Shown: positions 12,212 to 24,006 of the stretch, one piece after another
Position numbering within the stretch: position 1 is the stretch's first letter
Layout: every line of letters begins with the position of its first letter
DNA from: Lingula anatina
Taxonomy: Eukaryota; Animalia; Brachiopoda
DNA: 64,000 nucleotides
Reading direction: 5' to 3'
Assembly: GCA_051362555.1 (NCBI GenBank)
Contig: CM120646.1
Location: 4,092,001-4,156,000 of the forward strand
The notes under the pieces: generated by a model
What the model was told of the DNA's origin: nothing
Seen by the model: the letters and a program-made list of their open reading frames with translations, nothing else
Databases searched by the model: none
Translations under genes and position numbers: made by a program

Positions 12212-15200
12212 GATTGTGGCTGTGCGTATTTCACACTGACATAAGATATAGCACAAGAGAATTGGTTTTTTACATTCTCATAATATCACAATATAATGGT
12301 CATGATCTCTCTGAACTTTATTTTCTCAAGAAAAATATTAACACCCCCCCTTTCTGTTTTGAAAAAAAAAAAAAAAAAAAAAAGACAAAATAGAAACTAT
12401 TATTGTTACTTTGAGTGCAAAACACAACTGATGAAATTCTTTGCTATACTGTCTTCTCTTTAAGTTACCTAGACAGTGCACTATATGCATACATTTCAAG
12501 CAGAACAGAGATTATGGACTACTACAATTTTAAGGCCTCCAGTGAACTCACCAACAATCTTGCTGTCATCAATCCTCAGGTAACTCTTCCAGTACATGGT
12601 GGCCTTCTCACTGGTACTGAAGTGTGGAATGAAATGAAATGATACAACACAAAGCAAAACAAACTGACAAACTAATAAAAATTCTCAATCAAAAATAAAA
12701 CTAGATAGCATTTCTTAAATTCATTTTTAGTAAATCACACTTACTAAGTACATGTACAAAAACTGATCAGTGGAAATGATAATCAAAATGTGCTCTTGGA
12801 GGTCAAAGCTAAGGAATTAATTAAAACCAATAAGACCAAAGCACCACATAACAATGTACCTTAAATTTTCTTCATCCTTGTCACTGATTATCATGGGTTT
12901 AGGCTTACTCTGGACTCTGTTGATGTCCTCGTGAAGTCCCTGCAGCAGGTAGCGTAAAAACTCCTGGGAATCTTGTTGACTGCAAAAGAATTTTTCAAAG
13001 TAACAAACAGCCGAGTCATGGGGAATATATGCAGCATTTTAAGCGTTTGTTCCTCAGCAATCAAGTATTGTTCATAAAAATTACTTAAAATAACTTGCCT
13101 GACAAATGTTCATAATTTTGAAACACATGTTCTATCTAGGTCCTATAGTCCACAGTTAAGGTTTGCCAGCTTAAGATGAGCTGTGGATATTATGTATTAT
13201 GGTAAGAGCCAACTGTAGTTAACAATGTCCAGAAATGCTTCCTTTAGTTGTATTATAATAATATTATATGATTTAGATATTGTACCTGTCATAATATAGC
13301 TTCAACATATTAGTCCATAGCCTTTGTCATAAATGCACTGACAAGTTGTGCTAATAAACCTTATTTTTATTATCATCATTGTTATAATGGTTATTATTAT
13401 ATAACCAATTTGAGAAGTTTATGACTTACTTGTACCCCATAAACCTGGGAGCAAACCTCTGTATTTGACTCTTGAACGAGGTTGGAGACACACAGTCAGT
13501 GTAATCCTTCCACAGTTGCTTCATCAGGCTTGCATAGGCTGAAACAACACACAGTTTGAGTTTGCACATATACCATAAGTTTGTAGATGTATCACATGTT
13601 ACATTTATCTACTAAGTATTTTGTTTTTCTGCTCCAAATTGTGCATGCACGTGTGAATAATTGGGCCTTTTTTCTCTCAGAGTGAACTGTGGTGTGAAAA
13701 TATGTAGCTATTCATATAATTATACTTGTGCCAGTAGTACATGTATGGGTACTTGTAACTGACAAACAGACACATCCGGCCGATTTCATAAAAGAGGTTT
13801 AACTAAACCTAGTTTAAGGCTAAAACCTAGTCTAGCAAAACCTAGTCTAACTCGAGACCTAAATTGCATTTCACTAACAGTGTAGGAATGCCAGAAAACC
13901 AGGTTTAGCTAAACCAGTTTTAACTTGTCCTTGACCTCCTGTTGAATGTAACAGGATTACATAGACAAAGAAATCACTGAACTGTGTCAATCAGGTAGGC
14001 GTAAATGAATAGATGACACACACTAGCGTTGAAGCAGATAAGCTGTGTAGCTCATATGAGAAAAAACTTTGGAAGTAAAGAGCACGTGAAAATGAGCCGA
14101 AAGAGAGCGGAGAATTTTTCTGCTGAAGAGAAGGGATACATCTCAGAACTAATAAAGCAGAAGTCCAACATCACTGAATCAAAGAAAAATGATGTCACAT
14201 CAAGTCAAAGAAAAAATGAGGCGTGGAAAGAAATTCTAACAAGATTGGCAGCACATTTTCCACAAGCCGGGAAAAGAGCTGAAAGGCAGGTGAAAGACTT
14301 CTGGAAACGAGCGAAAATAAAAGCTAAGAAAGAATTTGCAAAAGTTAAAAAAGCTGCAAAAAAGACTGGAGGGGGGGCAAAAGAGGTTGAATTAAGTCAA
14401 GAAAACCAAGCAGTGATAGATCTTTTTTCGAAGCTACAGAGTTAAAACCTGGGTCTGACCAGGTTTATTTTTAGACTTGGTCTGTGTCCATAATCCGGGT
14501 ATCAAAAACTTAGACCTCAATTATGAAACACAAACCTGTCTAGACCAGGTTTAGAATGATGTTAAGCCAGGTTTTACTAGACCACTGGTCCAATACTAAA
14601 ACCTCCTTTATGAAATGCAGGCAATCCCTAAACCTGGTGTAAACTCACTTTAGACCAGGTTTAACTTTAAACCTCCTTTATGAAATCGGCCAATCATGTT
14701 TAAGCGCCTTCTGCCTCTAGTTGCAATTTGTGTACAGTTTGTACTACAAGTCTGATACAACACTGGTCTCTGATCTGTTTCAGTTCTGTTTCTACCACTC
14801 AATAGGAACATTCTAATTTTAAGAATTTATGACTTAAAAAAATACAGGATCTGTAGATTTCACTATCCCCCCTCCCCCCCCCCCTTGAAAAAAAGGAGTT
14901 ACTGCTGTACTATTATAACTTTTACATGCAATGTCAATACTAAGTGAGTTTCATTTTTTATTTCTTGCAATCAGTATCCCTTACCATTCATCAATTGCCC
15001 CTTCATACTGCTGGTAGTTTTGTTGAGATCCTTAGCATAATTATCCTTGAGGCAGTACTCCACCAGAAGTTGTGTGTTACTTAGACACTGGAGGATAGAG
15101 TTCATAAAACACTGGAAAAATAAAGATGTATTTGTATTACCAACACAGCATTACATTTATCTTTGAATGATAAAAATGCACAGTTAATTGCCATCTCTAC

Positions 15201-18200
15201 CCATTTATGTGTATCACATATTATTTAGGACATACTCATACTGTTAACAAGTGATTCTTTAATGTATATGACTGTTAAAAATATGTTTGTTGCTCAGTGG
15301 GTTAACTCATTATCCAAAGAATACCAAAAACTTTCAATATTAATAATCTATAAGTGACACGTGACCATAATCATGGTAACTATGACCAAATGTAAAAGCT
15401 GATGAAGGTATCCTCACTGTATTGCCGACATTGCGTAATCCCGTGAGTCCACATTTTTCTTTTCCTGCTACAGGGGATATCACTGCACTGTCCTTGCCTA
15501 TATGACTCTGAAACAGACATATCATAATTCCATTAGTTTATTACAATAGCGAAGCATCTGCAACATATTTAATGACTTGTAGCAATTGTATTTAGTCAGA
15601 ATTCATATTTTGGGTATTTGATATCCTTCCTCAACAAGACACATAGGCGGTTTTTAAGTAAATGGTGAATACTGTTGCACAAATTCTACTAAATTTGTTC
15701 AAGTATATTCTTCCTACATTAAATAAATACCTTGACATTCTCATCTACATTGCAACTTGAACCATACTTTTAATCAGCCAAAACCAGTTCATTTCCCTGA
15801 GACTTCAGTGAAATTAGTTCTGTTTTCTGATTACATTTATGTTTTTTAGGGAATAGGTGTCACTTATAACAACAGAACAATTTATATAATTTTATTTAAT
15901 GTGTCATTTGAGAAGGGGGGGGGGGGGTTGAATGATTTCCAAGAATCTGATGTGATCAATTTAACTGAAGCAAATGCTAAGGTTATGGGTTAGGTTAAAC
16001 AGCCACTGCTTAATCATCAAGTGCCTGTTGCTTCTATCGCGGAAAGCTACAGGAACACGCCAAGAGGGTAATCAATAGCAGCAATGTTAGAACAAGGTTC
16101 TTGTCATTACATTCACTGTGTACTGTTAACTACATCAATAATATCAGCCAGTATCAACTTCTGTGTTCATATGGATTTCCAATATGTTACTACACATGTA
16201 ACCAAATTGGTACAAAACATCAGCATTGGTGTTTAAGGTCATGCCTCAAAGTATTACGACTCACTGATTCTAAGCAGGTTTCCAAATGATCTTTTATGTG
16301 GAAAATTTCCACAAAGATAATGTTATTATATATAGGATGTAAAGTTTTTGGCAGACGGACTCTAATAATTTGGAAATGCAAAGCTCAAACTGGTTTCATC
16401 TAGCTGTTATAATTGAAAGATTCAGAATAATATGCAAATTATGACTATATTTTAATTGGAGCCTATAGAAACCACAGGGTTATACACTGTTATACTCACA
16501 TTAGAGTAAGAGCCCACTAGGATAGAAACCACATTTTAAGGCTGCTCTCAAAACTAACAGATCTGCGGATCAAACATGGCCAACCCACCTGAAAGCTTAC
16601 TGCGTAATCTCTGCAGAGAATATATTCAGTATTAATTAGGGGATTATGTGGCATGCTTTCAAGTGGGTGGTACACATTTGATCTGCTGATCTGTTAGTCT
16701 ATGGATCATCATGTTCTGAATGCACCCTTAGACTGGGTTCCCACAGATTTAGATCGATCCATCTGGATCAACCTAACTCCCTGGGGGTTCACGCTAAATT
16801 TCTGTTAGCTTTCGGGAGTCGAGCGTGCACAAAAGTTAATTACCCCCTTACAGCTTTTAGAAGATAAAATGTTTAAGCCGATTAAGCTGACAGCAATCTA
16901 GTGAGACTCCCCAGGGGGATAGATCAATCGAAATATCTGTGGGAATGGTCTCATATACTCACATTAGAGTTGGAGCCTATAGAAGCCACTGAGTCTTGTC
17001 TCCCACTGGCAGCGTTAGAATGAGACAACCTACTTCCCGGACTGGAACTGTCATCTTCTGAGCTATACCTGAATGGAATGAAGAAAAGCATTATCTAAAT
17101 GAATGATGTAAAGAGTGTGTTACTATGGTTACTGTACAACTTCACATGAAAACTAATCAACTAGTACATACACATATGAAGTAATGTCTATAAATTAATT
17201 GTCAGTGTATGAGCTTTGGGCATGAGCTTTCACTTGATGATAAAATCTGAGAGTTACATATACACTGTGATGTACACTTTCACAAGAAAAAAAAATGACT
17301 TGTTAAAAAATCGCTAAAATGGGAATTTGCCACATACAGTCATTAAAATTGTGGGAAAAAAACTTGTTACTGCCAGTTTGCCTATAATGATAATACTAGT
17401 ACATATAAAGAAGACAGGATATGGGGAATTCACTCTCAATAGCTGTTTATCATCAGTGTCACTGCCAGTTCAATACACAGATACAAGATGTCTTAAAGGT
17501 ACATTTAAACTGAGTGTCAGTGGAGTCTGGATTGCCAATAATGCATATAAACCACTTCTACTGGTTTCTTACTAGTACTTGACTCAAATAGAGTTGACAT
17601 GCCAAGGGATAGACCGATTTATCACTCTATCGGGCACAGAAGAGCTTTAAACTGTACTATGCACCTTCAAAATTTCGGTAATGAATTTGACTTACTTATC
17701 TGCCCTGTTTTTATACAGCACAAAAAATCCCTTCAAATGTCACTATTCGGGTAATATAATATAATGTCCTTTGGTATTTCTCTAAGTTATTAAGTACTAT
17801 TTGAGTACTATTAAGTACTATTTGAAACTATATGGTGGCATTTGATTGGCTTCTGTGGCAAAAAAATAATTAACTTCAAATGCATCTTTAACAGATTTAA
17901 TTTAACAGCTGTATAGTAATATTTCATTTGGTTATTTCATGATCATGGCTAACTGACAGATAAGTTCAACCTGAATCGGATAGCTATGTGGAGTTCAGAA
18001 AGTATAAATTAATATATTCCCTCATCCACTCAGAAGGGCACTATAACACTTAGTAAGGTGAGGATCGAGGGCCTCTTTTCTAAACACCTAAACAGAATTG
18101 CAGGTCCCACCACTTTCAAGCCATAATCATTACTCTTTTCTTTTACCACATTGTAAGTACCATCATAGTACCATGGCCCATAGGAGCCTGCATAAGCACT

Positions 18201-20329
18201 TTTCAACAGGTTATAAAATGAGAAGACCCAAACCACCCTCTAGATTTCTCATTTTCTGGAGCAAAGTAAATGTAGATGTGGTATAACCTATGACAATTTT
18301 GCATTTCTGGTGCGAAATCAAAGATGGAACCAAGGTGTTAAATGTCTACTTCATATTTCTGGAGTCTGGCAAAAAAAAAAATAATAATAATAATAATAAA
18401 ATAAAATAAAATACATGTTCTGGCTCCTACAGGCCATGGTAATTAACATAGCGCTGGAAAAGAGCACCTGACTCAACCTTCAGGTTCCTAATAATATCTG
18501 AACACATTCCAGAGCAGCATGGTACAGAACAGTACTGGGCTACAGCCAGATCTTACCTGAACTGTACCCAGCCATCACTGGGTTAATACAGCATATAGGA
18601 CATATGGGAAAAGACCATAAATAATAGGCTTAGGTCCCATTTCCATACACACCATCGGTCTATGTAAATCGATCCAACTCTGCAGGAACTCTTGCTGAGT
18701 GCAATTATTCTGACTGCATGACACGCCTCCTCCTGGTGTTAAGTTGCATACAGAAAAGCTAATACCTTGGAAACAAAAGGAGGCGTGTCATTCAGTTAAG
18801 CTGATTGCACTCAGCGAGATTCTTCCGCAGAGTTGGATCAATCTACAGAGACTGATGGTGTCTATAGGAATTGGTGTTTAGTACCCCATCACTAACTGCT
18901 TGCTCCAACCTAAGGCTTACAGGCAGACAAAAACCAGCGTATATAACTCAAGTGCAATTATGCTCAATATATTGGTCTAGCTTCTCCCATTCTTGTCTGG
19001 CATACCTATTTGTCTCACACAAAGAGCAATTTATTGAGCAAAATGCAACAGAGGGTGCAGTTCAGAATTTTTTGCTGCTTGCCAAGTTTGGCATGGAAAG
19101 ATACGTCTCACTTCAATTTTTTAAGAAAAAAAGTTAATGCCTGGCTACTGGGTCTCTAAAAAATATAGAAGGATAAAAAATTAAATGACATATAGCAACC
19201 CTTTCATTATTGATGGCCACTGGCCTCAAAAGACAGCCTATATTTTCAAAGACAGCTCGGTGGCTTTTGTGTTATGTGTTATGTGTTCATTTATCTGGGT
19301 GAGCCACTCTATCAATTTGCAACTGGCCAGGTTTAAATTGAAAGAAAAGGCCTCCAGCTGTCAAAAAAAAAAAAAAAAAAAATTAGTCACAAATGCTTTC
19401 CAAATTATTAAAAATTTTGAGTCAAGTTGAATGGTTGTAAAAAACCTGTGGAAATGTAACCAAAATAGGGTATCCATGGTGACAAGTGGTGTATCTAATG
19501 TTTTAGATTACATGAACTTTTATTGCAGCCCTACATTTACAAGCTTCCCTACTGACCTAGTTACTGGCCTGACTGGACTTGTCGTCGTGATGTCAGGTTT
19601 GAACGTTGCCGAGATCCGTTCCTTATGTCTGTAAGAAGAAGTGCTGATGGCATCATTATTGTCAGACTTGGTACTTGAAAATGAGTTGTATCCAGAGTCA
19701 TACTTTGACTCCTGTTTAGCAGAATATCCATTGTATTTTGAGCTTGGCAAGGAGTAACCGTCTATTGTCTCATCTCGACTTTTTTCAGTCCTTGCCTTGT
19801 TTTCATCATTGAGTTGTAAAGTGTTGCCACGATGTCGAGAAAACCTGGAGGGAGTGCTTCTACCTGATGTATTCATCCTATCCAAATCGCTAGTCAAATC
19901 ACTAATGCTACTTGTCCGTTGTGTGCGTGGTAAAGTACTCGTCCGAGTTGACGCTGTACTGTCATAAGATGTAGTAAAATCATGATCGGCCTTCAAAGGT
20001 CCATTCCTCACAGTTGACGCCACAGAGGTCCGCCTTGGTTTAAAACTTGTATGGGTGGTAGGATCCATCTTATTTCCGTATCTATCCAGTGGTCCTGGAC
20101 CATCGGGCAATGGCCGCCGTTGAACAGCTGTGCTGCCGTAGCTGGTGCCACCTATGCCATATTTGCGCCCTGCAGACAGCGTGCTGCTGCTGTTGTAGCG
20201 GGATCCAGGAAGGTCCGCGTACGATCTGCGTTGTGGCTTTGGGGACGATGGTGGTACAGGCATCCTGGCAGCTTGGCGCCCGCTAGAATAAGGGATCGGG
20301 GAGCGTAGGGAGCTAGAGCGTGCTGACAT
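9519..20329 (-). CDS. USP2: Ubiquitin carboxyl-terminal hydrolase USP2/USP21-like, ~653 aa (exons 20329-19557, 17068-16963, 15507-15418, 15111-14985, 13538-13430, 12979-12860, 12616-12552, 12177-12074, 11842-11768, 11476-11398, 11071-10970, 10024-9901, 9606-9519)
   Basis: Cys box GLRNVGNT|[44 protein letters not shown], His box [24 protein letters not shown], and AYVLFYE. Long Ser/Arg-rich N-terminal exon. Exon lengths sum to 1962 nt with consistent phases. The start codon is inferred. Confidence 0.9.
10034..10083. repeat. (AAT)n microsatellite next to a USP2 acceptor
   Basis: Directly visible run of about 16 AAT units. Confidence 0.95.
10468..10536 (+). mobile_element. 3' tail remnant of an L2/CR1-type LINE or related SINE
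   Basis: TGTAAGGCGCCTTGAG...GGCGCCATATAAG followed by (TAT)n, resembling L2/CR1-clade 3' ends. Confidence 0.5.
11072..11397 (-). other. U12-type (minor spliceosome) GT-AG intron in USP2
   Basis: 5' splice site GTATCCTTT. Branch site CCTTAAC at 11090-11084, about 12 nt before CAG, with no polypyrimidine tract. Confidence 0.9.
13777..14692 (+). mobile_element. Non-autonomous PIF/Harbinger derivative carrying only the Myb/SANT-like ORF
   Basis: TIRs GGCCGATTTCATAAAAGAGGTTTAA / TTAAACCTCCTTTATGAAATCGGCC, ATC on both flanks (3-bp TSD, outermost base mismatched), and many subterminal AAACCTGGT/ACCAGGTTT motifs. Confidence 0.8.
14092..14445 (+). CDS. Myb/SANT-like DNA-binding protein of the Harbinger element (C-terminally short)
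   Basis: [10 protein letters not shown]...ESKKND...KNEAWKEI...[15 protein letters not shown]...KTGGG is the pattern of Harbinger Myb/MSANTD proteins. Confidence 0.7.
   Translation: MSRKRAENFSAEEKGYISELIKQKSNITESKKNDVTSSQRKNEAWKEILTRLAAHFPQAGKRAERQVKDFWKRAKIKAKKEFAKVKKAAKKTGGGAKEVELSQENQAVIDLFSKLQS
16738..16946. mobile_element. MITE-like dispersed repeat family A, copy 1
   Basis: Inverted ends TTCCCACAGAT.. / ..ATCTGTGGGAA. Core CTCCCTGGGGGTTCACGCTAAATT is shared with 33947-34159 and, reversed, 53073-53272. Confidence 0.7.
18636..18873. mobile_element. Palindromic MITE-like element
   Basis: About 95-bp imperfect inverted arms (GATCCAACTCTGC..GCTGAGTGCAAT..TGACACGCCTCCT and its complement). 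A partial copy lies at ~59733-59805. Confidence 0.7.
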
Positions 20330-23300
20330 GGGGTCCAGACATGTGCAGTGCCTACCAGAGTAGGCCAAGGATCTAGTGTAGGGTAGGGGCGTTAATCTGA
20401 CAGCTGCCAGGCTTCAAGGACTGGACGCCTTAACTCTGTACCTCCGCATTGTGGATCTCTGGAACAAACAGAAAACTGTGTTAATGCAATGCTACAAAAT
20501 ATAGCGACTTAGGAATGAAACTGTCAAATTTGATCTGGTTTCTATGCTATTTCTTAGGTTGGGTCAACTTTGGAGGTAAACAGGTCCACTTTTTTTTTTT
20601 ATTTTATTTCACAAAAAGAACTTATGACCCCTTTGAAAATGCTGGCTACAGGCCTGCTATTAATTAATAACCCTTTTACACCAACAAACAAGGTAATGAC
20701 AAGTCATTTTCCAAAATTATTAAATAACATTCTTTACAATCTAGGAACCTGTATGACAATGGAGTACATAACACTGACGCAGTAGCTACTAGCAGTGAGT
20801 TTATTTCAAACCCAGAGCACTTGGGGGTAGAATTCCAGTCAGTGCACAGAGACTTCAACAGAAAAGCATACGATGTATACTTTGTCTGTTTGGTTCAGTT
20901 TGTGGAGTTAGGCAAAGAACATGTAATAAAGTCTCAACAGGATTGCTGAAGAAAAGAGTAAAATTTATATCTCAAGACCATACTAGTAAATACAAAATGT
21001 CAAATCGCACATAACAGGGTACTTGTTAGTGGGAAATAAAAACACTGCAGTGAGAAGACCTCAAGTAGGTTGATAAAAGTCTGTATGTCTTTACGATTAC
21101 ATATTCAATAGAATAAGTTGAAGAAATGTGGAGGCCAACATATCATCATCTTGGTACGTACTCACTCTCCCTTCCTGTCTGCCAGTCCACCTTACACTGG
21201 CTCTACGCAGGGCTAGGTGGCCCTTGGTTTACCTGTACCTATAAATAACCCTGGCAGGCGCCTCCAGTTTATAAATAGAAGTCAGGTGTAATTCAAACCC
21301 ATCAATCCAGAGGTGACGTACCTGCTGCTTTAGACATCTATCAACAGGAAACATTCCCTAATATACTCATGCCATTGACTGCTTGAACTCGGCATTAATG
21401 AAGCAAGTTATGCAATGATGAGTGTAGAATGTGATCAAAATTGTTCCTAAATTATACCAAAAGTATAATGTTAGACCTGCCAACAATAAAAACCCAAATG
21501 TTACAGTTGAAATATAGCCACAACCTCAATCATAAATTAAACAAATGAAGTTAGTCTACATGGTCTTCTTTCGTGCTAGTTTGATATTCAAACAAAAGTG
21601 GAGTGAGGGAAATTCCAGCCTTAGAACATGCTATCTCCACCTCAGTAGTAAGTGGTACACAACCTGCTAAGAAATTATTGTTAAAGGAAGCCTTTGGTTA
21701 TCTATATCCTAGCTAGTAATGGAGCCTGGAGAGGATTAAAAAGATCCTTTGAGGGGATGATACTAGAAACTAATGATGTATTCAGTTACAGCCTGGGATT
21801 TAACCTGTAATCTAATGTCGAAGATAGTAACAATTACTACTGTTGTTTCCTTGCTATCTGACACATAATAATATATCTGACACACTATCACTCATTAACA
21901 GCTTATAAAAAGCAACAATGTGAAAATTTCAAGGATACTCCAGGAACAGACTTTATATTTCCTCTCATTATGCCTACCATAATCACTGAAAAAGCTATGG
22001 ATTCCAGATTGAAAACGAGAATATGACCAATGCGGTCAATCTGCACAAAGAAATTAATGACAAGTAAGACTCTTCCTCACAAAATTTCAGGACTCAATGT
22101 GTGTCTGACCCCAGGTAATACTAGTAATGATAGCTTCCGAAAGAAGAGTTCCAATTTTGCCTGATAAAAATCAATATAGAATACAAATAGCCATCATATC
22201 ACTCTCAAACCAAGTTCTCCCACCCTTAAACAGCCAAGGCTTCTTTTTCCACTTCTCATTTTTATGTTGGAGAAGATTTCGTAGTGAAATTAGCAAATAA
22301 AGCATTTGTCATAAAAAAAGAACTCAATTTCCATCTGCAGCTATATGTACCTCTTGCGATGAACCTTTTACATATGAAGTCAATGTCCTAAACTCTTATA
22401 AATTTAGTTAAGATTAATTCAAGCTTGAGCTCCAAATAGGACATTATATTTTTAACCTACTGCGTGGAAAATGCAATCCAAAGATTCCACGGATTGTGTC
22501 AGACATTAAGCACAAAGAAAACAAACATAATGACTAGTATTATTTCTTTGCTGAAGATTGGTAACCTCATCAGGAACTCTCACACTCCCAGAACTCCTAT
22601 TCGTCTGGTTTTTGCTCTAAATCTTATCTCCCTAGGTCTCTCAAGATCTCTCTTTAAATATATGTATCCAACTTACTATCCTTAAGTTACACGGTACATG
22701 CAATTCTTAATTGCTTCAAACTGCAGATTTTAAATTTAGTGGCACAGTATTTGTCCCCACCATATGACTGTTTGATTTTCAATATCTTATCAACATTTGC
22801 TTGTGTGTTGAATCATCACCTAATAAATATATCTTAAGATCAGATACTACACTCTTCAGTACTGAATATATTGACATTGAGGTCGATAAAAAGACGGAGC
22901 AATGTCCTTTTCCCTCATTTGTAAAAGCCTGCTCTGTGTAACTTTATGTCCAAGTATTTGTTTTTAAAGCTGTCATTTCTTTGCAGACTCTATGGATTAC
23001 TAGTATATATATATATATATAGCAATTTACTAGTTTCATTTTTTTTTAAATACTTAACTGTTTTTGATCAATATTTTTTGCAAAATGCTAGACAAGTGTG
23101 GTATTCTAAAGATGTTTTCTGTGGCACTTAGGCTCATATACCAATCAACACTCAGCCCTAGGGAAACTAATTGTGATGAAGATTCCTTCAACTTATGAGA
23201 GAATTCCTTCAGTAGGTTTTAGAAATAAACATTAGAAGAGAAGTGTAAACTCTGTCATCTTAAAATGTAACTAATCAGTGACAGGGACAGGCAAAAGTAA

Positions 23301-23714
23301 AAACCCTTTTTCACTTCAACTGTTAGGGTACAATTCCCAACCTTCCATATCATTTCACTTTACATAATGTATCAAGTTTCCAGTAACTTCATCCTTCTTA
23401 TCGATCTTAAATAACAACTTCCACGTTTAAAAACTAACGGAAAAATTGCACCCATAAAACAAATGTTTTAATTTCACAATCAGATAAGACCCAACCAACA
23501 ACCAGAGAAATAACTCAAATTGCCTTATATAGGCAGAGCAGTAATGATTGAATGTGCGGTGCAGTGTAGTCGAGCGCTTGGAAATGATCAAAACACTGTA
23601 TTCGCAGCTGATATGCATAAAATATAACAACCCAAATATACATATAATTAACGTGTGACTTCATAGAACAATAGTTCTTCAAAAGTCTTTAACGAAAAAT
23701 AGCTATCAACTCAC

Positions 23715-24006
23715 CAGGATAGAGTTTTCGAGTTAAAAATATTTGACTTCACCGTCGTTTTCGGCTGTCGACCGCCATGTTTGTATGATCACGTGACAAC
23801 AGTTTACTCCTGACAGCGTTTCTATGGAAATAGTTTATATAAATACCAGTCAGATAATGTAAAAAGGCAAAATATATCATTGATAAATAAAATTTTATTT
23901 TTGTTATTAATAATATGAATAAAATATTAAACAGAGTCGAAAATATAACAGTTATAATTGAACCAATCACCAAAGAGCTACCCCGCACACCACGAAAGAT
24001 AAAAAG
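23715..24006. promoter_or_regulatory. USP2 first exon (donor at 23715/23714) and USP2/TEN1 bidirectional promoter
   Basis: CTG|GTGAGT donor, YY1-like AACATGGCGG, E-box TCACGTGAC at 23789-23797 and CpG enrichment. The TEN1 ATG is at 24007. Confidence 0.65.
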
